Notes: a model not told the origin generated them from the sequence alone. Positions 14,395 to 28,525 are shown, counted from the first letter of the stretch. The stretch: DNA of 64,000 bases from Convolutriloba macropyga (GCF_964194025.1 NC_134479.1:25916001-25980000), one strand, 5' to 3'. Numbers and translations are program-made.

Positions 14395-15160
14395 AATGCC
14401 AACCCTCGACCGGGGCAGTGGCGCAGCAATGGTGCTGGCAATGAATTGGCGGAAGCTGTTGCAGTGGCGCCAGTGGAGGTAATGGTGATGGGGTGGGGAT
14501 GGCAGTGGCTTGGTAGTGGTTTTGATGGTGGCCGTTATGGTAGTGGTGAAGATAATGTCTGTTGTGGAAATAAGGCTGTTGCTTGAAGTGGTGGCCTTGT
14601 TGTGGTGGTGCTGAGTGTGGTGGCTTGAGGGGTAGTCTCGGAGGAGGTCCCGTGTCGAATGTCCTCCCCAAGTTCCTCCGATTTTGTGAAAATGATGTAG
14701 GAGTGGGGCTGTAATGGGAGAACAATTGAGAATTGAGCCCCGTGACCAAAACTCCGATGTAAGAATGAGCTGCAATGAACTGCAATGTGAGAACCTATGA
14801 AAAATCAGCCCCTTAAAAACGCAATAGAAGAGTGCGGGCTGCAATGAGCTGCAATGGGAGGAATTTTGAGGGAATACCCTGAAAAAGTTGCGATGTAAGT
14901 CTAGTTGGCATTAGGCGCAATTTCGAGCAATCAACTCTGATCAACTTTGCGTTGAAAGAGTGGGCGGCAATGGGAGGACTTTTGAGGAATTACCCCCGAC
15001 CTAAGAATTGTTGTTAGAGGAGGGGGGGGGGGGGGGGGGGAGTTAAATTGATATAAGAGTGGTGAGGGGGAGGGGGTTATCTTGTTGAGAGCGGATAAAA
15101 GGGTGTTAGACTGGGACCGCTAAGGTGGTAAAATGATGTAAGAGTGAGCGGGTAACTTGT
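14395..15160. repeat. G-rich low-complexity junction: GGT-rich tract, degenerate ~60-bp minisatellite and poly-G run
   Basis: GGT/GTG-rich 14,450-14,640; recurring GATGTAAGAGTG..GCTGCAATGGGAG..TTTGAG..CCCC motif 14,695-15,000; G run 15,022-15,040. Confidence 0.7.
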
Positions 15161-15209
15161 TGAGCATAGAACTTCAGAAGCATAAAAATTAGAGAAAGGT
15201 CCTTCAGGG

Positions 15210-18200
15210 CAAACGAGACAAGCTATTCAGTTGCTACCAAAGCATCTTCAGTTTTCGAGCCAGGTGCACTCAACTGCTCAGTGCTAATGGAGGGGCTGGG
15301 AGATCATTATAGATCAGAAACACCAAAGACAGTTAGAGTAGCCGACCAGCAGAAAGAGTTCTCCAAAAAACACTTCACCGCCAAGAAATATCAACATGCC
15401 AAAAAGGAAACCGCAGGCAGAGTGTCGCATACCAATCTTGCAACACATCCGCCGAGAGTCGGAATAGGAGCACAGTGAAACGAACTACTTGCCAAAAGGT
15501 TTCGGGAGAAACATTAGAGTGGCCAGCAGAGTGGTCGGGTCTCATTAACGTTGCTATTCATAAGAAACAAATTAGCGATACTGAGAAGATGCAACTCTTG
15601 AAGACAAGTCTCACAGGTCAAGCAAAGGCAGCAATATCATGAAAAGGCGCAGCTTACAATTATCATGCTTGGCAAACATTTTGCGATGAGTACGGTCTAT
15701 CAGATTTAAAAAAATCAACTCAAAAAACTTTTAAAACAATATGCAGTGTGGCAGAAGTAATCTACCAACATCGCCAACATAGCTAATGTGGTTAAATTGT
15801 GGTTACTCGTTTAAATAATTGGGATGCACTTTTAACCTAAGATCAGACGTAGAGCTGAATTACGCATCCAAAAAAATTTTTTAGTATTAGGAGAAGAGTG
15901 ATTGCAGTGTTTGCAAAAAAAGTCCAGAGCTGACTACTCATCGGACTGTTTTCAATGAGTGGCTTGCCTTCAAAGTGGTTATTTTTAAAAATTTGTTAGG
16001 ATAGACAAACTGGTTGCTTGGTAGAAAAATTTTTGAGGCTAAAATAAGCCGAAAACGATTAATTTTGCTTCAAGCACCCAATATTCAGGCAAATCAATGA
16101 ATTTTAATCTCTTTCCGAAGACAGACATTTTACTTGGGCTCGTCATTAGTTCAAATCAATAAAAGCAATTGGAAAGCGAAAGCATCTTTAGACCTTTTGA
16201 CTCAACAAATCCTCAAAAGTGAAAACCGAAACAACAATTTTTTGCAAAATGACATCTCAAAGAAGAAAGAAGTGAGTGAAGTGCACTGCCAGTGGTGCAA
16301 ATAAAATCAACAAAAAGGCTGAGGCCTAGACGTAATAGTAATAAATGAAACTGAGTCATGATAGTGCCGTTAGCTGTTTCAGCCAACAAGAAGTCACGGC
16401 GAACGCCAACAGTACAATTCTATGTTCACAAGAACCCCAAGTTAGGTGAACAGATTCACGGTCGGCCGGATTTGAAAAGCTGCCAAATCAAACCCATATT
16501 TCAAATGCACTAGTCGTGTTGATAACTGTTTTGACATACATCAACCTTCAGAATGAAGAGATCAGAAGACAAATCTCTTCCATGGGCTGTCGGATCAAAA
16601 AAAGGATGGGCCTAAGGCGATCCTCCACCTGCATAGCAAGCAGAAACTCTTTCTACATTTGCAACAGCATGACAAATTAGCCAGTTAATTGAACAAGTGG
16701 TAGGATATGGAGTCCTACGCATCACACTGCGATGTCATGGGAGCAGTGGTTCTCTTGCTTGAGAGAATAAATAATGTCGTTAAACTGAAACTACTTCGAA
16801 ACCAGATGCATAAAGTTTTAGGCTTCATATATTCAAAGACACAACAAACGGAGCTAAGCGTATCGTGCAAAAACCTGAAAGAAGAGACAACGTTTACACT
16901 CAGCTCTGATATAGTGAAATGTTGTGCAGTCCCCATCAGCCACAAGGCAATCCAGTCAAGATAACTCCAAGTCACAATCTATACTGAATTTGTCTCAGAA
17001 AGCAGATACTGGACGAAGATGGTGTCAAAAACAATAAAATCCATCTCTGGACAGATTCAACAAGAAAGTTTAGGTGACTACAACAACCAAGCAAGCAACA
17101 TCTAGTAGTCATTGCGAACAGCACCGCAGAAAAACTGGAAAACTTATCAAGGAATCCTTGGAGACTTGTCAAGGTTGTCGAGAATCCTGCGGATAATGGC
17201 TCTACAGGGATTTCCATTGAACTCAATGATTATAATTGGTCGAACGGACCGGAATGTACTCGGAAGGATAAAAATAAATTGCTAAAGATAAGGCCAAGTG
17301 AACGAAGCGGAAGCATATTTGAAGCGGAGAAAGCTACAAGTAATGCGGGAACAGAAAACCAATTAGATCATCTTTTTGACAGAAAATGAGACAGCAGCTT
17401 CAACCGAATAAAAAAACTTGTCGGATACGGCAAGGGGCTTACTCAAATGCCTACACAAAATGAAGGGACTTCTGAAAGCGAATTGGATTAATGAAGCCAA
17501 AAAAATACTTTAACAAAATGTGCGAAATGAAAATTTTGAAAAGATTACGAAGTCCATAGTCATTTGCATAGAGATCTCGAAACTTTGAACGTCAACAAAT
17601 TGTCACAATTCAAGGAAGAAGATGAAACATCTCGGGTGAAAGTTCGACCAAAATATTTGAAGCTCGGTTACATTTTGAAGCATCCAATTATATTAACAAC
17701 GAAGCAAAGAGTCTTAAAGTTTCTGTTGCAGAATACACTTTATGAAATGTTTAGGAGGGCGCAGAATACGTAAAAAAAATCTTTATTAAAAGCTCCAGAT
17801 ATCTTGAAGACGAAAATGGTTAGGGATAGTTAAGTTGAGATTTACTAAATGATGACATAGCAGTGCAAACCCGCTCCCCACCGGTGGCTGAATTTAACGA
17901 GAACAACTTGATGAAAATGTGCTCCCAATCATCCATACCCGTTTAGGCCGTTTAGGTTTTTTTTGAACCCATTCATTTCAAGTTGCCGAGAAGTACCCTG
18001 AAGAGATGGTACAGCTTCTTTACTTCTCTAAAAACCACAGCAGTACACATCAAAGTTGCATATTCATGAGACATCGAATCATGTCTAGCCGCCGTATCGA
18101 GATGCATTGCAGGACATGACTACCCGAAAACAACCATCAGTGCCAACTGAACAAACGTCGTTGCAGCGGCGGACATCAGGAAAACATTTATGGAATCATG

Positions 18201-18690
18201 GTAAAAGCACAAATTTGAAAGAGAGCTTGCTCAAAAAAAGTTAGGAATATCAGGATAGGAAATGTATTTAGTACAACAATGAGTCTTGTAGAGCAAGAAC
18301 TAGAGACAAGACCGCTGACAACAATAAGAAGACCCTGAGGATCGAACAGCGCTCACATCAAATCAACGACTGATGGGAAGAAAAAAAGCGATTGCCTAAT
18401 TTGTGCCATCATTTGATCGGTACCACGGCTTGAAAAGAACTTGAATTGGCTAACACATATTGCAACATTCTTTGGAAATGATGGACTAGCAAATACTTCG
18501 ATAAAGGAACAAGAGATCAAAGTTTTCAAAAGAACATGCGGCAACCCTGAAATGAGGCGTACCTGTTTGGCCTGTGGATGATTCCGTGAAATGTTGCGGG
18601 TACCGACTTGCGCGAATCATTGAAGTCTTCACTTGCAACGATGGTGTAGTGCTATCAACAAGTGCTTAGATGGCACTTGGAGAGCTTCAG
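15210..18690 (+). mobile_element. Decayed Bel/Pao LTR retrotransposon internal region (gag, RNase H, integrase remnants; RT not recognisable)
   Basis: Manual translation: EWSGLINVAIHKKQISDTEKMQLLKTSLTGQAKAAI (~15,530-15,640; DUF1759-type gag); IHLWTDS...WRLVKVVENPAD (~17,040-17,195; Pao RNase H); HPIIL (17,680); TAVHIKVA...SCLAAVSRCIA..YPKTTISAN.TNVVAAA (~18,035-18,170; integrase core); many stops and frameshifts; no LTRs identified. Confidence 0.85.
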
Positions 18691-21330
18691 TGTTCTATGA
18701 TGGCGTTTTTGAGATCAAAACAGGACCGGAGTTGTTGGTCGCACTTCTGAAAAGCAGCAAGAACCAACAGAAATCAAGATTTGGCATTTTAATATAAAAT
18801 CAAAAGAACTTGGGAAAACTCCAAAATAACTAAAAATGAATTTTTATGGGTTCGGAGTTGATAGTTGTCCTACCATTGATTTTGGTAAGGGAAACCCTGA
18901 ATGACCAATACTTATTGCACTATGCTGGGCTCAACATTAAACTACCCAAGGACGCAACGATCGCTTTTGCATCGTACGTAGCTGTGTGGTTATTATCACT
19001 TATATGGTGCAAATGGCAATTTCTCACAAAACTTCTATTTGTTCCACCAACTCTTAAATTTTTCGTTTTATGAGATTTGGATTTTCTATGATCAGATTAG
19101 AAAAAGTTTCTTTTGCTGTTTAAATACAGTCATTGTTTTTTTTCACTTCAAGCATATTGCGCTGTTATTTGACATAGATAGTGCAAATTATGGTCTGAAC
19201 CAATTTAATTGATTGACACATTAGGCGCTGGTGGCAAGGATAAAAAAAATGTCACTTTCTCTTTATTTAGCCCTAAACCTTTTCTTTAGATAGTAAAACA
19301 GCATTGAAAATTGAAATTTTAGAAAGTGTTACTAGGATCAGTTGGCTCTCGTTTTGACTATATTTTGTTTCTCATTCTACTCTGGTTGTTTCTGGTGTTG
19401 AAAGTTTTAAAAAGATACTAAAATCGACAACGTTTATAAATTATTTGAGCGTGGTTACAAGAATTTAATAACAATAATTTGGCTGAAGCACCACAAAGAA
19501 CGTTGTACCAATTGATTAATAAGCTTAGAAACAGAAATTTCTTGCGTTAATTCTATGAAGGTGTCACTTTGCGAAACAGATGCTGCGATTCATTAAGGCA
19601 GAACAATATTCAATGCCACAAGGGGCAACATTAATTTTTCGATATCGCCAGTTGCCCAAAAATTTGAAACAAACTCAAACAAATCTGATCATTGGCTCGT
19701 CATGTTTTTTAAATCTCCTTTGCCTATAGGTAATATCATTCCCGAAAATCACAAATAAAATTGACTAAATGTCAAAATGTAAATACAAAAAAAACGAACA
19801 TCGTGTTGTTCTAATAGCAGGAAATTAGATGGCATGTGGATAACTATATCGGGTAGCCGTGAAGTTAGCACCATATTTCTATGATGGCCTTTCTGAAACC
19901 AAAAACAGGGCAGGCAATGTTGGCCCTACTTCTAAACAGCAGCAAGAACCAAAAAGCACCATGATTGCACTTTTCAAACTAGAAATATAAGAATTTGTGA
20001 AAACTCATATATCACCGAAACTGAAATTTTTAAAATTTGGGCCACCATAGTTGTCTATCCCCCTGATATTGGTAAAGGAAACTGGGAGTGGCCAAAGATT
20101 GTTGCACGAAGTTAGGCTCAACATTAAAATATCCAAGGACGCAACGGACGCTTTTGCATCATACCTAGTTGTGTAATTAGTTACACTTATATGGTGCAAA
20201 TTGCAATTTCTCACAGAACTTCCATTTGTTACCGGAAATTTTAAATTTTTAATTAATGAAATTTGTTTTTTTTATGATCAAATAACTTAAAATAAACTTA
20301 AAACTTCTTTTCCGACTTAATTAACCCCATTCGTTTTTTTCACTACAAACATATTGCGCAGTTATCTAACATTGGCTTTGTAAATTTTGATCTAAAGCAC
20401 TTTGCTCAAATAACCCATCAGGAGCTAGTAAAAATGATTTTTTGAAGATTTTTTCCTCATATTTTGCTATGATTTTTTGTTTTCATAATAAAACTGCATT
20501 GTTATTAAAGAATTTAAAAACTTTTACAAATGGCAGTTGGTTCTCGTTTTAACTATAATTTGATTCTTAGTCAACTTTGGTCAGTCCTGTTAATCTTTTG
20601 AAAGATCTTAAAATCGACAGAGTTTATGATTTAGTGAGCTTCGTTAAAAGAAGTTACTACAATACATTGGCTAAAACCTTACGAACTTTAGTACTAGATT
20701 GAATATAATTTACCAATAAGGATCGTTTTAACTTCGGTCAAATTAAAAAATTCACTCCCTTTAATTACCCAGCGGCAAATGACTTGACGAAATTGTTATT
20801 AAATTGGATTCAAGAAGAACCGGCGAGGCGTAAAACTCACAAACTAACCTGTGAAGATTGTGTCCTGCTGAAATTCTTGAGCTGCCACAACAGATGGAAA
20901 ATTTTAGTCTACGGTCTCACTTAAATACCGGCAAATTTTCTGACAACGATGGAACGCCTTTAGTTTCTTTGCGGAGTTCTCGGTATCGACAAAATACCAA
21001 TTGAGGACCACATAGATTGTCTTAGAAATTGTTTAATAAACTTAAAAAATTAAATTTCAGAGGTTAATTCTACGAAAGTGTCGAATTGCAAAAAAGGAGC
21101 TCCGAATGGTTGGGGCAGAAAAATACTCAATGCCGGAAGCGAGCAGTTTAGCATTTCAATATCTCCAATAGCCCACAATTTGAACCGAACTCAAATTGCT
21201 CTGATAACTGGTTCGTAATTTGATTTTTTTTTAAAATGTCCATATTCTGTATTTAATATCATTCCGGACGAGCAAGAACAACTTTGACAATAAATCAAAT
21301 CGTGAATGCAATATAAACTAACACCGCAGA
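18690..21330. repeat. Two diverged tandem copies of a ~1.2-kb non-coding unit (second copy has a ~330-bp insertion)
   Basis: TTCTATGATGGC..T.TGA.A.CAAAA.CAGG..CAGCAAGAACCAA at 18,693 and 19,877; CCAAGGACGCAACG..CGCTTTTGCATC at 18,946 and 20,133; 19,540-19,800 aligns with 21,060-21,320. Confidence 0.8.
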
Positions 21331-21609
21331 TCAGTACTGGACAACTGATCGCTATTTATAGATGCTCGCTGCAGCTAATCACTCATGAAAAAAATTGTTG
21401 AATTAAATCACGTTAAAGTTGACTTTAACATTTCGAAACATTTTTTAAAGATAATTAGATGTATTAAGTTAATGCGCACCAAAATGCTATTATAGATAAT
21501 GCACCTCAAAGATCTGCTATAATATACCGAAAAGCGAGTCTTAATACTACAATAATGTACACCAAAATGTTTTTACTATAAATTATGAAAAAAACATAGT
21601 TACAATATA

Positions 21610-22615
21610 TCATGAAACATCCGTTTTACACGTTGGATTGGCCGATAACTGTCCTCCGACACCTATCAATTTTACAAGAGATCTTCTGCGTGGACCAGAA
21701 ACAGAGATCATTTTTTGGACGCCTCCGTCAAAGAGCAGATAATATTCCATCTATAACTAGCTATAATAACGGGTTTTGATTGCAAATTTGCAGTTTGCGA
21801 AATAGAATTGATTGAAGACTGTTCGAAACCTTTTCTTTTACAAAATTTGATTTAATTGTTGAAATGCTGCACAAAATTGATTTTTTTGCCTAATAATTCG
21901 CATAATTATGCTAATTTATAGGCTACTGAAACAACAATTTTTTTCTGACTTTGATTCCGTGATGAGCCATTCGATGTAAAAAAACTTCACCAGCAAGATC
22001 CGAGGAAGAAGCCATCAAATGGTCCCCAATCTACACAAATTTTTCTCGAAAACCATCAACGAGAGCCCTATCTACAGCAAAAACATTCAGAACTTCTCCG
22101 ATGATCATAAAATTGATTCAATGGAATTGGTTTTTCGAAGATCTTCACAACGGCACTGTTACTCGCCTTGTCAACAAAAGTCGCGGTACTTATGGAAAAC
22201 CAAGTTTTTAATCTAAACGATGAGCGTTGTGAGTAAATTTTACAAGTTATTGACATCATCTACATGCCAAGTTGGAGTGTGTCTTTGTGAACTGAGAATA
22301 ACCGATCATCGATAGCAGATGTCTTCGAGGCTACTTATGTTGAAGCTATACATATCACGCAAAACTGCGAAGTGCAAAGTGCAAATTAAAATATATTCAA
22401 AGTTGAAACTTTTAATTCAAGCTAATGAAGGGAAGCATGTAAAAAATTGCAAGCCTCTGATAAAACTCAAACAGATTTTCAAGCGTAGCTGACAATGCAA
22501 AAACATCAAGGAGCAAACTTGTAGCATATTTTGATTTGTTTTTGTTAATTCTGATCGCTGTGGTACTCAAATGTGGGGTAATTGATCAACAAATAGTTAC
22601 CGCTTTCTGAGGTAG
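21610..22615 (+). pseudogene. Possible remnant of a HYR-domain membrane/secreted protein gene
   Basis: 21,641: ADNCPPTPINFTRDLLRGPETEIIFWTPP-(frameshift)-ADNIP resembles the HYR N-terminal half (CP...G...V.W.PP.A.DN); ~22,330-22,395 ATYVEA..KTAKCKVQIK resembles the HYR C-terminus; hydrophobic LFLLILIAVVLKC at ~22,535 followed by GAG|GTAGGT; frames disrupted. Confidence 0.3.
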
Positions 22616-22804
22616 GTAATGCATATTATAACTTTTTAAATAAAAATCTCAATATTCCTTTTAAGGCATTGTTCCTATTTGCAAAAAAATACATTTGACG
22701 GATCTATGTAATCATTAGTAGCAGAAGAAACACATTCCAGTTTATTTTCCAACCTTTCTTGTAAAAATTTTCTTTTGGCAAGTTTTGCTTTGAACACTGT
22801 TATA

Positions 22805-23590
22805 CCTAGTCGAGACCAGGTGTTTTTTTTTGCACGATCTTGTAAAATTTTTTTACAAATGGTTTTCTTGCAAGATCTTACAAGAAAACGGCTATCTTGC
22901 AAGATTCATCCAAGTTAGTTTCGATGGGGTTCTAGTCTCATTGGTAGTTACAACCGAATTACATTTAATTTTGCGTAAAAATTGTCCGAGATATAGATGC
23001 GCGTGTTATAGCATATAAAATGAGGCAAAAATACATTAGAGTTAAGTGTTTTTGTGATGAGCAACCTAAGTTCAGCCAGCTGAGTAAAAAAAACTACTGT
23101 TCAGTTGAGCAATGCAAACACAAAAGGATATTTCAAAAAAATAAATCTCCTAAAAACATTTCTGTGCACATTTACATTTTTCAACCTAAATATTTGAAGT
23201 TACACCGACAAATTTCTTTCAAAAAAGTGTATTGTTAAAAAATATTGTTTGTTATTATAATTTGCTCACAAATTTCCTCAGTCCACTATTTACATTAACA
23301 TGCAAAATTTCCCATTTTTAAATGTAATTTTAAACGAAAAGAAAAACTGATGCTATAAGGGTTTTAAAGTTTCGCGATAAAGAAAATTAGTCCTGTGGAA
23401 CAGCCTACTCCTCTCATACTGGTCGTGTTCAGGTGTGTTCCAATTATATACATATTTACGCGAAAAAATAAATATTTTCGTGCAAGATTTTTGGAAGACA
23501 AATGGTTATCTTGCAAGATTTTTTGGAAAAAATTCTTGCAAGATGATGTATTGTCTTGCTAGTTCTCAATAGAATCTTTCTAAATTTTGC
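22805..23590. repeat. Two short repeat remnants built from palindromic TCTTGCAAGA motifs (MITE-like)
   Basis: TCTTGCAAGA(T) and variants repeated several times in 22,830-22,905 and 23,478-23,560. Confidence 0.5.
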
Positions 23591-24399
23591 AAAGTAAACG
23601 TTCAATTTCGACCGAGGATTACAGTTGAGCTGTTCAAAACCGGAAAACAAATAAGGAAGGCTCATTTTGTTGATGACTTCACTGTTAAGTCTTGATTAAT
23701 ATTGCTTACAGATAGCGTAAAATGGGCCTATATGGACGACAAAACTCGTTTTTCAACTAAACTTCAGAATTTTTTTTTCCTTTTGAACAGACTTTTGCAA
23801 CAATCGCAGAATATTTGGCCGATGGCTCAATGTGCTAGTTCAAGTACCGCTGACCTAACCAGGAAATTATTTCTTCCTATATAGAAACAAGGCGGCTCGT
23901 TAATGTGCGGTCGCACATGATGTTCCGACCCGACCTCATCTACATTTTTGACTTAAGTGTCAACCAAATGAAGAAATAACAAAAATAGATGTTTGAGTTT
24001 AAAACAACAGCTACACAACCCATCTACTAACTGAATTACATAATGCAATGCATGCCTTTTTACAACGCCAATGAGATCTGACCTCAAAAAGACTACGAGA
24101 CAAAAAAACAACCAAACAAACAAAGCAAAAACGAAAATTTCACAGCAAAAACTGAGTATCTAACTTTAAAAGCACATAGTAACAACGTCCAATTGCAGTC
24201 ATATAAAAACTTAACTACTCAAGCTTAATTTCTCCTAATTATACAGCGGATGGACAGTTTTATTAATGAGACTAAGTTACAAGTCAACAAAGAGAACGAG
24301 GAGAACGATCAATGAGGCGAAATTCACAAATTAGTCAACATTTTTAAACCAAGAAATTTCAAAAGTCTTAAAATCATTAGTTTTCAACTTAACAATCCA

Positions 24400-26850
24400 T
24401 GATTAGTTAAAAAGATGTTACTACAAAAACCAAATGGCCTTGTCTTCGGGTAATTAAAGACTTAGAAACGAACCAAAGAAAAACTTAAAAAATTAGAAAC
24501 GATTTGCAAAAACACAAACTATTGCTACCATTAAAATCATTAGCTTTTATCTGAATAATATGTATTTTTAGTTCAATTCTTTTTTCTAACAACTCAGCTG
24601 CAGGAATTATACGGAGAGATTAAATAAATTTATTTGGGGCACATTTCTAAACCATTGGAATCTGTTACTACGCGATTGTTCTGAAAGAAGAGAGAAAGAA
24701 GCGCAAAAAATGACCATTCAAAAAACGTTTATAAAAACGCATACTGTCTAACAAATAAAGCATCGGTGACAAATAAAATCAGTAGATATGTTATTTTGTG
24801 GAATACAAGAAATTGGATGTGACCTCTCATTGATGAAAATAAGTTACAATCGGACGAAAAGAACAAAAACTGAAAATGTTTGAAAATGTATATCCTAAAC
24901 TTTAAGACTAAAGGCTATAAACTGACTAATTGATTCGTGTAACCTCATTTTTTCAATCATGATATACAAGCTTAAGAGACTTGTCAGCAATTTACGGCTA
25001 CCTAAAGAACGAAAACAGGCAAAAACGGCGATTTCAAGAAAAAAATTGAGCGAGAAAAGTGTCGAAGGCCTTAGAAAATGAACATTTCACTAAAAACTTT
25101 TATATGTTCAATTAATTTTTTAACAGCAATGGCATTCTTCTATTTATCAATACAGTTTCAAAAAATTAAATGTGAACAAATACATTAGAACCATGAAATA
25201 TTTGAGAAAATTTGTAGTATCAACGACATTATTTTTCCTAACTTTCAACGGAATCCATTAAATACGCTAAACTATGCCTCCATGTGACAACAAATTTCTT
25301 TCCCAATCATATTTGGTCAATAGGATCTTACAACAAGTTATTGAAGATAAAAACAACAACAAAGACAGACAAAAACCAAAAATTCAATAGAAAAGTGCCA
25401 GAAGAAAGTGTCGAAGCAATTTAAATTATAAATTTTTCTCTGAAAACTTTATATATGATCCGCTGGACGTCTTTGCTAAAACAATTAGAACCATCAGTAT
25501 TAGGATGATGTGATAAGATTTCAAAAGGGTCCAAAAATAAGAAAAAGTAACGGAAAGTTTAAAAAAAAAATAATAACTAGTGGCATTGAAGTTTTAAAAC
25601 TAATAGGTAGAAGACGAAAACGCTAACCCGATTAAATTTGCCTGCACTAGAAATAAAAATGGATCATGCAAGTACTAAGACTGACTAACAGTCTACGAAA
25701 AAATTTTAGGATCGGTTAATGTTCAAAAAAAATTCGAAAAACTTTTCCAAACTTAACAGCCATTAAACACAAAATCTTTTAACGGTGGCCAATAATTACG
25801 CTCAGATATAAAACGATGGCAGGAAAAAGATGTTTGCCACACATAGGTAATCAGAAAGAGATCACAATAAGTCTTATGACTATGAAAACAACAACAAACA
25901 GGCGAAAACCAAAACTCAGTAGAAAACTGGGAGAAGAAAATTTTGAAGCCATTTAAACCATTAGTTTTTCTCTGAAAACTTTATCTGTGATCCTCTGAAT
26001 GTCTTTTCCAAGCCAATGGGATTAGAATAATATTTGGATAATGTGTATAATATTTAGACAATGTGATAAGACTTCAAAAGTGACCAATAATTCTAAAATA
26101 TCCATTTTTATTTTAAAAAATTTTGAATTTTTGTGTTATTGAAGTCATATAATCAAAAGTTAGAAGATGAAACAGCCAACAAATTTTAATTTAGTTTCAG
26201 TAGAAAGCAAGTGGTTTCTGTCAATACTGAGATTCACTAACAGTTCACAAAAGTTTAAAGATTGGTTAATGTTTTAAAAAAAAATTCGAAAAATAATTTC
26301 TAAATTCTTAACAGCCATTAAACTCAATAAAATTCATTGGAAGTCAATAAATACGCTAAAATATGCTTCAATAAAAGTTTTGGGATGTTTGTTATGCATA
26401 GATGATCAATAGGACATTACAGCAAGTCTTATGACTATGAAAACAACAACAAAATCAGGCAAAAACCAAAAATTCACTAGAGAAGTTCGAGAAGAAAAGG
26501 TCGAAGCCATTTGAAACCATAGGTTTTTCTCTGGAAAACTTACCAGTGATCCACTGAACGTCTGCTTTAAGCCAATGGGAGCTGTCAATTTTAGGATAAT
26601 GCGATAAGATCTAAAAAGTAGCCAATAATACGGAAACATTCAAAAAAAATTTAAAACTTTTCGAAATCTTGTATCATTGAAGTCAGATTACTAAAAGTTA
26701 GAAGATGAAACCGCCAACTAGATCAAATTTGGTTACAGTAGGACGGACGAGGGTGCTCTCTTCACAGAGAATGACATACAGTTCACGATAATAAATTTAT
26801 GATTCCAAATTTTTGAAATTTTTTTTTAATTCTTAAAGTATTAACAGCGA
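24400..26850. repeat. Degenerate tandem repeat, ~540-555-bp unit, about 4-5 copies
   Basis: AAAACAACAACAAA..CAG.C.AAAACCAAAA..AGAAGAAA..CGAAGC.ATTT..TTTTTCTCTG.AAAACTT..GATCC.CTG at ~25,350, ~25,885 and ~26,440; more decayed copies at ~25,010 and ~24,460. Confidence 0.8.
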
Positions 26851-28437
26851 AAACTCAGAGTCGAAAACTCAGAGTCGAATTTAAAAAAAAACATGAGCAC
26901 TTCCTTGAAAACGATTTTTTTGTTCATTGGGCTTTATTTGACTGTAAAGGAAGTTTGTCATTAACTGAACTTCCATATGAAAAGTGACTTGTCTCTAGGT
27001 GACTTAAAAAAACAAAAAAAAAAGTAGAAAAGTTTTATAAAAAAAGAGCTCTCAGATAGATTTCGATTTTTTTTTGATTTTGAAGCTCCCTATGAGACCA
27101 GAACTAATCTTTTTTATCGCCTTTAGCCTATTAGGAACACGAAATTGGTTCATTTTTTGGCAAGAATTTTAAGTTTGAAATACTATTTTTATACAAAGTA
27201 TCTTATTTTGAAGAAAAATCACACTAAAAGTGATCAAATGTCCCGTGTTCACACAAAACTTCAGTCCTCGATAACTCCTCGAAAAAAAACGAAAATAAAA
27301 AAAAACTGTTTATTTTTGAATTCTACGCTGGACCAGCTTTTTAATGATACCACTCACATTTCTCTGCGATGAATATATCGATCGGCCAAAATTGACTGAA
27401 CAAAAAAAACCCATTTGAGTATATAGTTCCTCCCCCCCACAAGTGGGGTCGGAACAGTGAAACCGATCAATTTTGTGCGGAAGTTTTCTAAATTGGTTTA
27501 GACTTCTATAACTGACAATTTCTATCTATTATAGAACATTTTTCCTGTCTATTGTGATAGAAATGTTTCCTATCAAATGTTTTCTATATATTTTCTATCT
27601 ATCTAAAATGCTATAACTGAAGTTTTCTATCTATTAGCATAAATTCTTATAAAGAGGTCAAAATTGATTGTATTTAACAATATTTGCCCTGTGCCAAATT
27701 AATAGGGTCTGAGAATAGAAGAAGATTTGACCCAGTTCTGTGTAGGCAATCGCAATATTGTGCCCTCTTAATTAAATTCATTGAAAAAATCTTGGAATTT
27801 AGAAGTATTTTTAATAATAATTAAAAGGTTCTAATAAAACAATACTTCATTTGGGTTGACCTGGGGGTGTCACTGCCATGCCTCAGCTGCCATTAGGACT
27901 TTAAAAAGACTCAAGGAAAAACTTTCACTACCGAACAACCGAAATTGAGATTATTTTATTTGTTCAAATATGATAAATTTGCACTAATTATTATTAGGCC
28001 ATCGAGTCCTTGCCAGTTTTGGTAATATGAGATATGGGCAACCATGTGTCTATTGAATTTTTATTCAGTTACAGAAAACTTACAGAAAACTTTTTAACAC
28101 ATGTAAATTATTATATAAAACATGGCGCTTGCTCTTCGGGGAGGGAAACAGCACGGAACCCCTAAAATGACAGCACAAACGGAGACCATCTAGACATCTC
28201 TTTTGAATAAATTATAAAAACTATTTGATTGTTCATTAAATTTAATTATTTGTCTCTGAATTATTTTCGAGTCACTTATATTAACAAATGGCGCAAAAAT
28301 TGGTTTAGTTTTAATCCAATCTGCAAAATAGTAGTTTTCAAGTTTTTCGGGCAAACATAACTTTTGCGGCGTTCAGTCTCAGACTGATTTAGAATTCTTT
28401 TATATAGTTTATTGGTAACTTTAAAAAGTATTCTTAC

Positions 28438-28525
28438 CTCTGTTGCGCACAGCTGCGGGTTGATTCGCAGCTTGAACCGTCAACACAAACAGAATAATAG
28501 CAATGAGAACTTGTCTTCTGACCAT
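28438..28525 (-). CDS. Probable first coding exon of a secreted/membrane host protein (signal peptide), possibly pseudogenised
   Basis: Minus strand: ATACAG|T-ATG, encodes MVRRQVLIAIILFVLTVQAANQPAAVRNR then AG|GTAAGA donor in phase 1; GC-richer islands with AG acceptors follow at ~28,190, ~28,050, ~27,900 and ~27,770. Confidence 0.45.

Noticed and set aside
14371-14844. His/Thr/Pro-rich ORFs of 157 and 130 aa
   Set aside because: By-product of the low-complexity (ACC/CCA)n strand
18690-21330. Duplicated 1.2-kb unit as the LTR pair of the Bel/Pao element
   Set aside because: Both copies lie on the same side of the internal region, with no matching copy upstream of gag and no TG..CA/PBS seen
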